Assembly: GCF_001194135.2 (NCBI RefSeq)
Contig: NC_068981.1
Location: 21,055,009 to 21,106,210 of the forward strand
Source: Octopus bimaculoides
Lineage: Eukaryota
Direction of reading: 5' to 3'
DNA length: 51,202 nt
Below are positions 35,870-49,677 of this stretch, in pieces (positions within the stretch are counted from its first letter, which is position 1; each line of letters begins with the position of its first letter). Under the pieces are notes generated by a model. It ran no database searches. It worked only from the letters and a program-made list of their open reading frames with translations, and was not told the DNA's origin. A program made the translations under genes and the position numbers.

Positions 35870-36020
35870 GTGCATTAAGCTTATCATTGGTTTCATGTTA
35901 AAGGAAATTCTCAATAGTTATTCAAATGAATCACATAGGAAAACAAATTTTTCTATGTGATTCGCTTGTATAATTGTTGAGAATTCCCTTAACATAAAAC
36001 CAATGGTAGCCTTAATACAC
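35870..36020. repeat. ~150-bp near-perfect palindrome (fold-back element or hairpin)
   Basis: ~74-bp arms centred on 35944-35947 align with scattered, mostly transition mismatches. Confidence 0.9.
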
Positions 36021-37432
36021 ACACACACACATGCGTATATGTGTATGCATATATATGCATGAATGTATGTGTGTTCTTGTGCCTGTTCTTGTGACTAAAC
36101 CATTCAAGATGAGGCTCCAGTATAGTTGTAGTTCAGTGACTAGAACAAGTAAAAGGTAAAACATTATTTCTCAATTGTTATGAGATCTCACAACTGGGAG
36201 ATTTAGAGTATATTGATTAAAATTAGAAGTGTTAGTATGGTAAAATATTAATATACAGTGACATCCAATCAATGAAAATAGTCATTATTTTACTATTTAA
36301 CTCAATTTACTATTAAGCATATATTAGAAGCCATTGAAATTCTTTCCTCAGTTCCCATTTTGGGAAGCAATTTCTGCAGTAACTGCAATTAGATATATGT
36401 TTTTTATTCTGTTCTCTGTGATACAAAAGAATTTAATTCTGTGTTGTTTTTGACAGAAGATGATAATTATACTGAAGAAAATATTCATTCAACCATAGCA
36501 GATATTGTAGAAATTACCAGTAAAAGTTGGCAAATTGTACACCTAGTGCTTACCATCAGCTGTTTTCATTCAGTTGGTTTACAATATTAACTAAGCAACA
36601 AACAGTGGTCATTCTTATACAAGCTTCAAATGTTGGAAGATGAGCTGTCAAAGAATTAATGTCAGTGTCAGCAGATAGCTTTCCTTAATAAATATTTTGT
36701 TTTGTTGATTAGTTTTAGAATCAATGTCTCTAGCTTTGAATACACCTTGTAATTCACCGAATCAAAGCATTTGTCAATGGAATAAATTATCATATTTATG
36801 ACTTCAAAATTCTGTAATGTCTGTAATGGTTTTGAGTCTCTAATGGAAATGTACTTTTGTCATTTCTCATTTTAATTTTTCTTATGGCCTTTCATGCTTG
36901 TAGAAATACAGGTTCTGAGACAAAATGTTATGTCCTTACCTTCTTGCACAATATCATCTTGACAGGACATAATGCCAAAGGTCTCAGTCACTTGTCATTG
37001 TTTCTATGAGGCCTGGCAGCAAAGCAAGCAGAAAAGGCAGTGTCTTGTTTCTATAGGGACAATGCTTACTGATTTATCTTTGTTTAGGGGAGGTTGGTAA
37101 AAAATATTTTGAAAATTAGGTGAATCCTTTTGGTAATCATAACTACATTTTGAAGGTTAGAGAGCCTGAAGGTCATATGATACATAAAAACTTTTGTTTT
37201 TAATGGTCATTCTCTAGACGTTGCAATGTAGAGTCTTTTCTTCTTAGTTATGGTATCAGGTGACATCCGTCAGAGGTTTTAGCAGTTTTGTTAGCTTATA
37301 TTACAGCTCCAAGCCATGAGATAAATCCCTTAGCAGGTTTGGCACATGTAAATTTGGTCCTCTAAGAGCAATGGAGAGATATATCATGGCTGATATTTTC
37401 AGGAAAGCATGTAGTGAATAATGAAAATCATT

Positions 37433-37640
37433 TTTATCATCAGCATTTAATGTTTATTTTCCATGCTGGCATGGGTTGGAAGGTTTGACAGGATCTGTCT
37501 GGTAAGATGTAGGGCCACGTTAAGCTCCAGTATCAGCTTTGGCATGATTTCTACAGCTGAATGCCCTTCTCAATACCAACTATTCCACAGATTGTACTGG
37601 GTGCTCGTCTTGTGCTACCAGCACTAGTGAGGTTGCCAAG
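37433..37640 (-). mobile_element. GAT-tailed retroposon 3' end
   Basis: catcatcagcatttaatg..ccatgctggcatgggttgga core. Confidence 0.85.
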
Positions 37641-37849
37641 TAACTAGCAAGGAAAGGAAAGAACAGGAAGGTAAAAAGAGGGAAAAGGTAAAGTAAAAAG
37701 GGAAAAGTTAATCAAAAATAATCTCTTGAGTAATTTTCCTTAGTGATTTATCTCTCATGGGTAAATCAGAGTAGAAGCAAATTTGCTGCCAAGTAGAGTA
37801 CTTGTAAAATCAGTTGAATCAATTAGTAGTAACAGCGATATTAAGAGAC

Positions 37850-38431
37850 AGAAGATATTATGTGGTAGGTTGATTGAGAAATGGTTTGATAATCCTTTGA
37901 GCACAGAGACTGTAATACTTGAGTGTGGATATAAGAAAAAAGGCGAATATTTTCATTTTCATTATAGAATCAGTGAATGAATGAGGCATTTGGGAAGCTG
38001 TAGATTAACTGGTGCTGTGAATAAAGTAGGAAAGTGTAGTAGACACAATTGTCAGAACAGTAGAAGAGACATACAGAGGACACAGCACGTTAGAGAGTTA
38101 ATGGTTGTAATTTGTTAATGAATGGAGATCTTCAAATCAGCTGGATGGCTCTGTTTGGATATAGTCTAGCATGTTTGTAGGAAGCAGTGATTGCATAGTA
38201 TTGGAAGTATGTCTTCATGTTATATATATATATATATACACATACAAAGTGTGTGTCTCTGCTGTTGAAGACTGATTAGTTATATGATCATTCGACCATA
38301 TGACTATATTGTTTCAAGATATTTGATACTTGAAGAACTGTATATCTGATATGAGTTGTCTAGATTGTGTATAGATGACACGTGCGAGGAGAGTTAATGG
38401 GAAATGAAGGATGGCATCATCCGCAAAATAA

Positions 38432-38467
<36 letters not shown>

Positions 38468-38680
38468 TATGAAGTCTAAATTAGCAGGTTGTTTTGACAC
38501 AGAGAACTGAGAGCTGGAAACGTAGCTAAACCTAGTGGGAGTATTCATGTAAGAGTATTGGTGAGGGTTTACTCTCTGAATATTTCAAACTTGAATCATA
38601 TGGTCTTAATTTAAAACATGAAGATTTTGTTGAAGGAGATTTGGTTGCTACTTTGAGCAGGTCAAGTGATTATATAAAGG
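37850..38680 (-). mobile_element. Ancient L2/Crack-like LINE RT relic interrupted by microsatellites
   Basis: Minus strand FKLRPY, YFADDAILH (38400-38430), LETI*SYGR, VFNSR, TLKYYS in RT order. Confidence 0.45.
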
Positions 38681-39039
38681 CTCCCTTACTGAGAATGTGT
38701 ATACTACATATATCTATATATATATGTGTGTATGCTTGTGTAAAGTTAAATAAGCAGCTGTTTAATCTGTGCTTAAGCTGAAGCTGCTTAAAAAGCCCAG
38801 CAGGTCTGAAGATCCAGCAGAAAGTCAGAAATCCTAGTAACAGTATTTGAAAATTGCTATAACATTGTGTGTGTGTGTGTACGTGTGTGTGTGTGTGTGT
38901 GTGTGCATGCATGCACATGTGGGTGTGGACATATGACCTAAATACTCACTGCTAACTATTGATATGCTTCCACATTACTCCGGCCTGTTTTAGCAGAAGG
39001 ATCAATACAAGGCAAGTTATCCATTGATTGCACATGTCT

Positions 39040-39071
<32 letters not shown>

Positions 39072-39438
39072 CATATGTGTGTGTATGTGTGTGTGCAAGT
39101 GTGTGTGTGTGTGTGTGTGTGTGGTGGAAGAGATAACTGAAAGATATAAATCTATAGAAGTGTCAATCTATAAGTCTGTCTGCCAGTCTGTCTATCCTTT
39201 AATTTATTTTAAAATCATCATCATGGTCATCATCATCATCATCCTTTAGCGTCCATTTTCCATGCGGGCATGATATATATATATATATATATAGATTAGT
39301 TATATGATTCATTAGAACCTAGGCACACCAGTACGTAAGATACCAGAAATAGCTAGGTACAATAACATAAGGTTCATAGGGTTCGCAGTAAGGTAAAACA
39401 ACAGATGTCATAAATTTGAGACCCCATTCGTGTTCTTT

Positions 39439-39492
<54 letters not shown>

Positions 39493-39529
39493 GACACATA
39501 TCTATATGTGTGTATGTGTATGTATGTGT

Positions 39530-40560
39530 GTCATTATTCAGTTTCATTTCAAGATTTCTTGCCAATAGAGAAAGAACCGGTTTCTAACCTAGATCCAAGG
39601 TTCCTTCATTAGAATTTCAACATCAACAACAGGGTATTTTTGTTTGTTTGTATGTATGTATGTATGTATGTATGTGTGTAGATTTTTATGTTTTGTTTTA
39701 TGTATGTCTTCTTATGCATATACTTGCATATCTAAATAAGCTCATATGTACTTAAATGATAAACTTCTGGAGAGTTTTACTGATTTTTACAGTTCCAGTG
39801 ATTGATTGTATCTGTAGTCTTCAAATCAGCTTTCTCCTTTCTAGTTTTGAGAAGCCTAATTTCTCAAGATTGGTATTTAGGCAGTGTGTTACATATCCCA
39901 GCATCCCAACAATTACAGGTATTTACCTGAACTTGTAACCTGGATGGAGTAACTGCAAATTTCTCAATAGTTCAGTGTAGGTATTCTCTTTTTCACTGAT
40001 GTTCAGCTTTATGTTAACATCCTCTGGGCAGCAGATTTCCACAACTGTACACAGTTTCTCTTCTCTATCTCAAATCATTATATCAGGTCTGTTGTACTTA
40101 CATTTTATTGAGGTTTTCAATGGGACATTCCACCAGTATCCCTTTTTATTATGAGTGGCCATGGCTTCCACCATACCGTGGGTTCTTATTTCTTTGTCCT
40201 CAAGGTTATTCTTTCAACAGATCTCGTTATACAATGTCTTAGCTACAACATCTTGTCTCATTGGTAGATAATACTGTGGTGATATTTTCAGACAACTGCT
40301 TATGATGTGGGTGATATCTTTGGTGTTAACTCCACAAAGTCTGCATCAGTTGTCACATTTTACTGCTTTTCCTGCGTCTCTATCCCTTTTGTGCATCACC
40401 TTTCTCTCCTGCATTTTCTCTTCTGGTGACTTAGGTATTCTGGTAGCTTAGCTTGAGGCTGGTCGTTACTACTTTGTCCCACATATTTTTGAGTCTTCCT
40501 CTTCGAAATGTTTCATCCATATTTAGCAATTAACACTTCTTTATACTGCTTTTCTCATCC
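39530..40560 (-). mobile_element. R4/Dong-like (restriction-like endonuclease) non-LTR retrotransposon 3' portion
   Basis: CRLCG..DITHIISSC..RQDVVAK zinc knuckle, then NRPDIMI*D..VVEICCPEDVN..EKENTYTEL RLE motif, stop at 39752-39754, 3'UTR ending next to (CATA/CA)n. Confidence 0.9.
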
Positions 40561-40564
40561 ATAT

Positions 40565-41030
40565 ACATAACAGGACCACACTAGTGCAGTCTTCTCTCTT
40601 TCACACTACATCTGATTCCACTGATACCCAATTTTTCTTTCAGCATGTTTGCACTTTGTTGTATATGCACACTGATGCTGCACTTCCAGTGGAGCATGCT
40701 AGCTTCATTCCTTTCAAGTCTTTGCATGTCCTCTGCATTCAGGGCCCATGTCTCACTACCTTGTAGAAATGATGTTTGTACTCAAGCATCATACAATCTG
40801 CCTTTTTCTTTGAGAGAGAAATTCCACACTTGGAATTTCTTTTCTAATTCTACTATAGATTCAGCATTAAAGTTCCCACAGGCAACTGGTCTTAAGCTCC
40901 TCTGTTACAGCCTCAAGGATTATGATGGAACTGAAAACTGAACTCTAATGAACTCCTAACTGCACACTAAATTCATTGGCGTACTCATTGCTAATTGTCA
41001 CCTTACTGACAGCATCCCTGTACTTAGCTT
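40565..41030 (-). mobile_element. RTE RT fragments (C-terminal 40565-40830; mid-RT 40965-41030)
   Basis: KGRLYDA*VQT..GSETWALNAEDMQRLERNEASML; AKYRDAVSKVTISNEY. Confidence 0.85.
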
Positions 41031-42270
41031 GATTGGTTTACACAAATCATTCATCAGCTCCTAGTTTCAACCATGCTCAAATAGTGCTTTTTACGTGCCA
41101 CTGGCATGTGAGCCAGTCAGGTGGCATTGGCATTGGCCACACACAAATGGTGCTTTTTACATGCCACCAGCATAGAAGCCAGTCAGGCGGCATTTGCATC
41201 GGCCACAACAATGGTTTCTCTTGACTCAACAGGTCTTCTCAAGCACAGCATATTGCCCGACAATTGAAGGGTACTTTTAAACGAGCTGGTTATGTGACCC
41301 TGGCATTGGCCATGGCTGCGATTTAACTTTACTTACTGGGTCTACTCAATCACAGCATATCTCCAAAGGTCTCGGCCTCTTGTCATTGTCTTTGTGAGGC
41401 CCAACATTCAAAGGTTGTGCTTCACCACCTCATCCCATGTCTTCCTGGGTCTACCTCTTCCACAGGTTCCCTTCACTGTTAGGGTGTGACACTTATTTAC
41501 ACAGCTGTCCTTGTCCATATGCAGTACATGACCATACCAGCACAGTCATCTCTCTTGCACACCACATCTGATGCTTCTTATGTCCAACTTTTCTCTCAGG
41601 GTGCTTACACTCCATTGTGCATGGACACTGGCATTACATATCTAGTAGAGCATACTAGCATCATTTCTTTTAAGCCTACACATTTCTTTCAAGCCTACTG
41701 TCCTCAGCAATCACAGCCCATGTTTCACTGCTGCGTAGCATGGCTGTTTGCACACATGAATCGTAGAGTCTACCTTTTACTCTGAGTGAGAGGCTCTTTG
41801 TTACCAGCAGAAGTAGGAGCTCTCTGAACTTAGCCCAAGCTATCCTTATTCTAGTAGCTATGCTCTCAGAGCAGCCACCCCTGCTACTGACTTGGTTACC
41901 AAGGTAACGGAAGCTATCAACTACTTCTAGTTTTTCCCCCTGGCATGTGATAGAGTCTGTTTTCTGCACATTTTCAGTGTTTATTGCACCTGAGCATCTG
42001 CCACATACAAAATCTATCTTCTCAGTTAACCTTCCTTTGTTATTGCTGCATCTCTTATGTATCCATAGTTTACACCAGGAACATCTTATGGAGTTTCTAC
42101 CCATGCTTTTTCCACAGATCAAGCAGGGCCATCTAACTGAAAGGATTTGTGATTTGTCTGCCTTCCCACTTACTAAGTCTTGGGTTTTTGCTAGAATGAC
42201 TCTAAGGCGCTTCGATTCTAGACCTTGCTTCCACACATGAAACTTCTTCTCTAGTTCTGGTAGTGACTCA
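41030..42270 (-). mobile_element. 5'-truncated RTE LINE: RT C-half with PHD-like insertion, ORF end and 3'UTR modules
   Basis: ORF 41676-42270: WPCLICGK..IRCSWCKLWIHKRC..FVCGRC..LEVVDSFRYLG..RIAWAKFRELL..KGRLYDSCV; RGRPRKTWDEVVKH downstream. Confidence 0.95.
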
Positions 42271-42727
42271 ATGTATTTGTCTGTGTGTCTGTGTGTATGT
42301 ATAAATTTACATTTCATATTTTATTTCAAATTCATCACTACAGTATATCCTTACTTTATCTTTACAAGTGCACCTCTCATATGCTGACATCACTATTCTA
42401 ACTAACTATACCTTCATTTCTAAATATCTCAATGCCCACGTCACCACTTCACATGGTGCCTTATTGAAAGTTTTCTCCTGAACAATAAGTCTCCAAAGAC
42501 AACTTCTTCCTGTTGTCTCAGTATTTCTTACCTTAAAACTGCATCAGTCATTCCACTTCTTGACATAGCATTTCATTTATTTTCTCCTACTTCCTTATCC
42601 TTTTCTCTAAGACTTTCCAGTGGTGTCATCCCATGTTCAAATAGCTTAATTGCTCAAAACAAGCCTACAGATCTCTGTCATTTTCTTCATAATCCAACTT
42701 CCTTTAACATATCTCTTACAACTATAT

Positions 42728-42814
42728 ATATACGGATTTCATAATGAGATGAAAAAACCAAGACTGTGTATACACAGCCTTGGTTTTTTTTTATCTCATA
42801 CGAAATCCTTATAT
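42728..42814. repeat. ~87-bp near-perfect palindrome with no loop
   Basis: ggatttcataatgagatgaaaaaaccaagactgtgta|tacacagccttggtttttttttatctcatacgaaatcc, centre 42770/42771. Confidence 0.9.
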
Positions 42815-43029
42815 TCACACGCTGATATATGACCTATGTTGGACCCCTTATTCACATAATCACCGAACCTGGAGCTTAACTATAGTCTATCCACAGCACT
42901 TACTCAGCATTACCTGAAACCTCTGGGTCTAATTGACACCACTATCGCTCATAAACTTTTATATATATATATATNNNNNNNNNNNNNNNNNNNNNNNNNT
43001 ATATATGTATATATTTATTTATATGTATC

Positions 43030-43210
43030 CCATTATGTGTATATGTTGTGTCTTTCTATGTCCAGTAGTATAACATTTTAACCAATAGAGATCAGTAAAA
43101 TAAGTAACATACTGGAATTGTTGCTACCGGGGTCAGTGTGATTGAGTAAAACCTTGAAGGTGGTACATAGCATGGCCACAGTCTGAGGGCTGAAACTAAT
43201 GAAAAAATGT
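43030..43210 (+). mobile_element. SINE family C (decayed)
   Basis: accaatagagatcagtaaaataagtaac..tagcatggccacagtctgagggctgaaac. Confidence 0.65.
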
Positions 43211-44358
43211 AAGAGTAAAGGAATATGTTACAATTCACTGTACCGTACTTCATAATTAATTAAGTAGTGTTGTTGTTATTGTTTAGACCCCCAACTCAAT
43301 CTTGGTCAATTAAGCTAATGAACAAAGGCATTCTGATTGGGACCATATTGTCCTTTTAGAATTATCTAGTACTGCATTATCTAATGCGGCCTTTCTTTAC
43401 ATGAGATGGTAGGGCATGATTTAAACGAGATTTACCTGTTATTTCTAGCAAGCCGAGTGGTGATGTAAAGATGGTAAATTGGCAGTCATTAGAGCATTGG
43501 CTAGAAAACCATGTAATATTTTCCTGACTCTCTGCCCTCTGAGTTCAAATTCTTTCAAGGTCAACTTTGCTTTTCATCCTTTCAAGTGTGATAAAGGCAG
43601 TATCAATGCAGTGTAGTGTATTAGTTGAACTGTAGCTAGAAAATATGCCTGATGGTATCTGCTCTAAATCTTTGCATTCTGATAACAATGCCTATGAGGA
43701 TACTGACACTAAGCTGCAACACCCCAAGTAAATGGAATGGCCTTTAACCGAACTCAGAACCACATGGTTATTGTGGTTATTATGCAAGCTTTTTAACCAT
43801 ATAGGTATGTCTGTGTCTATATTACTGGTATATATTTTTGAGAATCCATGGTTCTGTGGAGTAACTTCCATACATCATTTACTAGGATTGTGTGTCAAAG
43901 TCTAACCATATGAAGTTTTTTTTTATATGAAAATAAGGATGATATACAGCATACCAAGGTTTGTTAAAGCTTTTACAAATGAAGTCATACAGTAGCAGAA
44001 TAATATCATAGCTAGGTTATGTCTTCAGTTTTGTTTCATAGTTAACACTGTTTACTTCTTGACATAAAGTAGAAAATAATAGATAAGAACTCTCAAGGTA
44101 CAAGAAGTGACGAGTGTATAACAAGGACTCTAGCTTTCAGAGATGTTGTCTTTTAAGAATGTATATTCAATATTATTTATGTGGACTTTTACACCAGCTA
44201 AAGAATCAAATGTTTTAAATAAGATATAACTTCAAAAGAGATTATATATATATACCATGGTTCTCCATAAAGTTCCAATCCTCTTAGAGTTTTCAAAATA
44301 ATTGGGAATTTCTGTGGATACAGCTGGAGTGAATGCGTGCATGTATGTATATGTGTAG

Positions 44359-44683
44359 TGAAGGTGCATAGTTTAGTGGTTTTTGGTATTCAGCTCATGA
44401 TCATAAGGTCATGAGTTCAATTCATGGTGGTGCATTGTATCCTTAAGCAAGACACTTTACTTCACATTGCTCCAGTCTACTTAACTGGTGAAAATGAGTA
44501 GCACCTGTTATTATTCGAAGGGCCAACCTTATCACATTTTCTGTTACACTGAATCTCCCTGAGAACTACATTAAGAGTATGCGTGTCTGTGGAGTCCTCA
44601 GCTACTTGCACATTAGTTTTACAAGCAGGCTGTTCTGGTGGCTGGATCAACTGGGACTGTTGTTGTTGTAACTGATGGAGCGT

Positions 44684-44685
<2 letters not shown>
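44359..44685 (+). mobile_element. SINE family A, full length, CpG-decayed
   Basis: A box gtttagtggt, B box gagttcaattc; colinear with 8715-9038. Confidence 0.9.
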
Positions 44686-44735
<50 letters not shown>

Positions 44736-44815
44736 TTATATATATATATATATGTATATATAAATATATATATATATATACACATGCATATATATATGTA
44801 TATATACATACATAC

Positions 44816-44863
<48 letters not shown>

Positions 44864-44930
44864 GTATATTTATATATATATATATGTATATATATATGTA
44901 TATATATATGTATATAGATATATATTATTT
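44686..44930. repeat. (TG)n and (TA/CATA)n compound microsatellite
   Basis: Direct reading. Confidence 0.95.
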
Positions 44931-45532
44931 TGGAATGGTGAAACACAGAGAAGATAAAACTATAAATAACACCATATAAATACCGGGTTAGAAAAACCCC
45001 TGGATAGAAAAAGTTGAAGGTTGCCTTCAACTTTTTCTATGCAAAAAAGAATAATGTTCTCTCAATTTTATAAATTCTTATTACATCAACTACACACACA
45101 CACATGTTTGATAACATAGTTCGATAACCTGGACATTTACAGTTCCCATGAAGAAAGCTCTAAATGTCACATACACCACAATGCTCCATGCTGTTTCTAA
45201 TATCTCATGACGTCAACACACAACTAACAAAGTACTGTACTAAGACATCCCATATATCACAGAGGCTGAGATTTATTAGTTACTGCTGGTGTAACAAGGA
45301 GGAGTTAGTAGCAGAAGTTCTTCTGCAGCAATAGTCTCATGGCAAATAGAGAACAGACAGACCAGCAAGACTACAAGCCATTTGCAACAAAAGACTCTCA
45401 TGGATGACACAGAGAAATGAAAGTGCATGCCAGGAATGCTGAGAAATTTGTGGTCTACTGACTATGAGTGTGTATGTGTGTGTGTGGTCATATATATATA
45501 TGCACACATATATATATACACGTATAAATATA

Positions 45533-45572
<40 letters not shown>

Positions 45573-46157
45573 NNNNNNNNNNNNNNNNNNNNNNNNNNNN
45601 NNNNNNNNNNNNNNNNNNNNNNNNNNNNNNNNNNNNNNNNNNNNNNNNNNNNNNNNNNNNNNNNNNNNNNNNNNNNNNNNNNNNNNNNNNNNNNNNNNNN
45701 NNNNNNNNNNNNNNNNNNNNNNNNNNNNNNNNNNNNNNNNNNNNNNNNNNNNNNNNNNNNNNNNNNNNNNNNNNNNNNNNNNNNNNNNNNNNNNNNNNNN
45801 NNNNNNNNNNNNNNNNNNNNNNNNNNNNNNNNNNNNNNNNNNNNNNNNNNNNNNNNNNNNNNNNNNNNNNNNNNNNNNNNNNNNNNNNNNNNNNNNNNNN
45901 NNNNNNNNNNNNNNNNNNNNNNNNNNNNNNNNNNNNNNNNNNNNNNNNNNNNNNNNNNNNNNNNNNNNNNNNNNNNNNNNNNNNNNNNNNNNNNNNNNNN
46001 NNNNNNNNNNNNNNNNNNNNNNNNNNNNNNNNNNNNNNNNNNNNNNNNNNNNNNNNNNNNNNNNNNNNNNNNNNNNNNNNNNNNNNNNNNNNNNNNNNNN
46101 NNNNNNNNNNNNNNNNNNNNNNNNNNNNNNNNNNNNNNNNNNNNNNNNNNNNNNNNN

Positions 46158-46191
<34 letters not shown>

Positions 46192-46194
46192 TCT

Positions 46195-46397
46195 GTCAGT
46201 GCTACTGTCTTGTAAACAATACCCAGTACACTCTGTAAAGTGGTTGGCTTTGGGAAGGGAACCCAGTTGTAGAAACCATACCAAAACAGGCTATGGAGCT
46301 TGGTGCAGTCCCGGCCTTATCAGCTCCTGTCAAATCATCCAACCCATGCCAGCATCGAAAATGGATTTTAAATGATGACGATGATGATGATGATGAT
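46195..46397 (+). mobile_element. GAT-tailed retroposon 3' end next to gap N45573-46157
   Basis: Shared core and tail. Confidence 0.85.
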
Positions 46398-46885
46398 ACA
46401 CACACATGCACACCACACTCACACACACACACGTTCTGGGTATGCCTTTAAACTGCATCTGGTAGTGGGGCCCTAATTCAGGAGTTCTAGGATTTTGAGG
46501 CATGTGGAACTGCTGTATGTCCCCAGGTCTACTTCGATTCAGAGTTGTAGCATCTGTCAGGATCCCAGCTATGGGTTAACTTGTATATTGACAACTGGGA
46601 GTGAAGGAACCCCTAGTTCTCACTACAATTTCCTTGTAGTAGAAGGTTACTTCATAAAAAACCTGAAGAGCAATTGGTTTCAGGTTGTTTCAACCTATGT
46701 TGTATCACTGGTGTTAAAGCTGTGTGTGCTAAAAAATGGGTTCAGTACTGTGTAACACTTTATCCACTTGAGAAAAACTCATGCACAGCAACTTCTTGGA
46801 CTCTGATTCTAAGAAGTGATCTTACTCTGTCATGAGTTGACTTCCACCATATATATATATATGTATGTGCGTGCATGTGAGTGTG

Positions 46886-46951
<66 letters not shown>

Positions 46952-47699
46952 TGTGTCTGTGTGTCTGTGTGTGTGTATTTACATGTCTATATATTTACAT
47001 ATATGGTTGTGACAGCAGGCAGTTTATATCTAGTTATTCAAATTTCATGTTCCTGATAATCAGACTGGAACAAGTAAGTATCAATATGTGGAGTTGGAAG
47101 GTGAAAGAAGTAGGAGTGTCTTAGGAAGAGGAGGTGATAAGTGGCAGTGCAGGAAGGGTGAGCAGTATAATAAACCTTTTAGGCAGATTAGAAAATATGT
47201 GGATGATGTGCAAGGTAAGAGAGTGTGGGGTGGGGGTGAGAGAGACATGTACAGTGACTGAGATGGATGCCAGAGGTACATAGGAGTGGCTATAGTGTGT
47301 AGAGGACAAAGCTGCTGATAGCAGATATGAGAAGGTGTTAAAGGTGAGGTGTGACAGATGTAAGATATAGCTCAGAGAGGAGAGAGAGAGATAATTGGAG
47401 GCACAGAAAGAGGTGATTGGTGGAAAAGAAAGTGGGAAAGGATAATAGGGAATGAGGGATGGACTTTAAAAGGAAGTGGTTTCAGAGAGATTGGGAGGTA
47501 AGTAGGAGTACAAGACAGGAATGAAATATGTGCACATTCAGCTCTCCTATGATTATAGCAACTGAATAGTGTTGTAATTAGAAGAGTGGAAGAATGGGTA
47601 TTAGCAAGATGAGGAATGGCATAGGCTTAATAGGGACTGACTGGGAGCAGGAGCACAGTCCAGTGAGTGTATAGACAAACATCATCCATCTAGGACCTC

Positions 47700-47870
47700 A
47701 CTTTCTTTGAGACAGACAGGTCTTTCTCAGGGCAGCAAATTGCCAATCATCCCAATCTTTTGTTATTTCCACTGAGGTCCAGCATCTTGATATCACCCAT
47801 CACTATTTTGTTCCCTGTCTTTTTGGGTTTCCTTTTCCCACAGGTTCCATCTACATTTGGTAATTGAAAC
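47700..47870 (-). mobile_element. RTE ORF C-terminal fragment
   Basis: rc reads GTCGKRKPKKTGNKIVMGDIKML. Confidence 0.6.
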
Positions 47871-47971
47871 TTCTTCATACAGTTGTTTTGCTTTCTTACA
47901 CATTGCATGACCTGAAGGAAGTAAAGATCTGTATGCTTTCTTGCTTGTTAAAATTTTGTGTGTGTGTGTGA

Positions 47972-48007
<36 letters not shown>

Positions 48008-48099
48008 TTCAAATGTACAAAAAACAGAAGACAGAGACAGATGAGAGAACAACAAACAAGGTGTATTAGTTTGTTGCTCAGGAAAAATGGAAAAGTCTT

Positions 48100-48370
48100 T
48101 CATCATCATCATCATTGTCATTGTCATCACCCCCACAAACCACCACCACCACCACCACCACCACCACCGTCAACATTATCATCATTTAACGTCTGTATTC
48201 CATGTTGGCATTGATTAAATGGTCCAACAGGATCAACAAGCCAAAGCACAACATTGAGCTCCAATGTCTGCTTTGGCATGGTTTCTAGGTTTCACTGACA
48301 GGATGCCTTCCTGATGCTAACCACTTTACACAGTGCACTGGGTGCATTTTTCATGACACCAGCATTAGAG
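48100..48370 (-). mobile_element. GAT-tailed retroposon 3' end with CAT/CCA tail
   Basis: catttaacgtctgtattccatgttggc..ggatgccttcctgatgctaaccac. Confidence 0.8.
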
Positions 48371-48649
48371 AAGTAGTTATATCTTGGACAAAATTACAAA
48401 AAAAGAAGAAACAAGGGAAAAAAAATCTACCTACACTAAGCAGAATGAATCAGGTGTATTTAATTCTGTGCACATCACAAGAGAAGATAAGGACGGGAAA
48501 GAGATTGATAGCAAAAGGTGAATATATGGTGAGAGTGAACGAAGGATGTTGAGACCAAATGGCCAGCGGAGGTTATATGTAGAGTGTATGGAGTACATGT
48601 TGGTCTGATGAGATCTCTTAATTATATAACTCAAGATGGTAATAAGGAT

Positions 48650-48750
<101 letters not shown>

Positions 48751-49096
48751 GGGTCCTGTGGTATTCCCAGTTATACTGAAATAAATGTATGATGATTGAA
48801 GAGATACACTGCAATATTTAGTCACATTGGAAGCATAGTAAAGTGAGAGTGAGAAGAGATAAGTAATTGAAAGATGAGCAATAGAGACATGAGTATTACA
48901 GGCATGAGTGGTAAAGGCAGAAGCATGGAGAGCAGACATATGATAAAAGATATGTGCGGTAAGAGGGGGAGGGGTGAGTGACATGTGTGTTAGAGGGATG
49001 GCAGGCTTTAGTCATGCATATATGCACACATACATGTTCATATATATATATATAGCCATAGTTACAAACCCATACACACACACACACACACATTAC

Positions 49097-49382
49097 TGGC
49101 ACTCTGTCGGTTACGTTCAGCTGATCCGATCAATGGAACAACCTGCTCATGAAATTAATGTGAAAGTGGTTTAGCATTCCACAGAAACATACCTTAATGT
49201 AGTTCTCAAGGAGATCCAACATGAAACCGAATGGACCTTTGAATTGCAAGTACAACTCATTTTTGGCAGCTGAGTTGACAGCATGAAATTAAGTGTCTTG
49301 CTCAAGTACACAACATGCTGCTGGGAATCAATCTTATGACCTAATGATTGTGAGCTGAATACTCTAACTGCTAAGGCATGTG

Positions 49383-49386
<4 letters not shown>
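49097..49386 (-). mobile_element. SINE family A, near full length
   Basis: rc matches 8715-9038 with small internal deletions. Confidence 0.9.
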
Positions 49387-49464
<78 letters not shown>

Positions 49465-49677
49465 CACTAGATCATATATCCCCCCCAAAAAAACACACTC
49501 CAAAAGTTAGAGCAGTAATGTATTTACATGAAGTTAAATATATGCCTTGTCATAGAATGATCGATAGTTTCACATCTATAAACTTTATAGATGACTTGCC
49601 AGACTTCAATGCCCACAGTCATATTACTTTTCTTCAAACTGGAGGTAGAAAACCATTACAGACAGTTAATTTGTAAA

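Noticed and set aside
47000-47700. Purine-rich stretch possibly from an L2- or Penelope-like element (LPCTSSTYFLICL)
   Set aside because: Motif similarity too weak to assign by eye.
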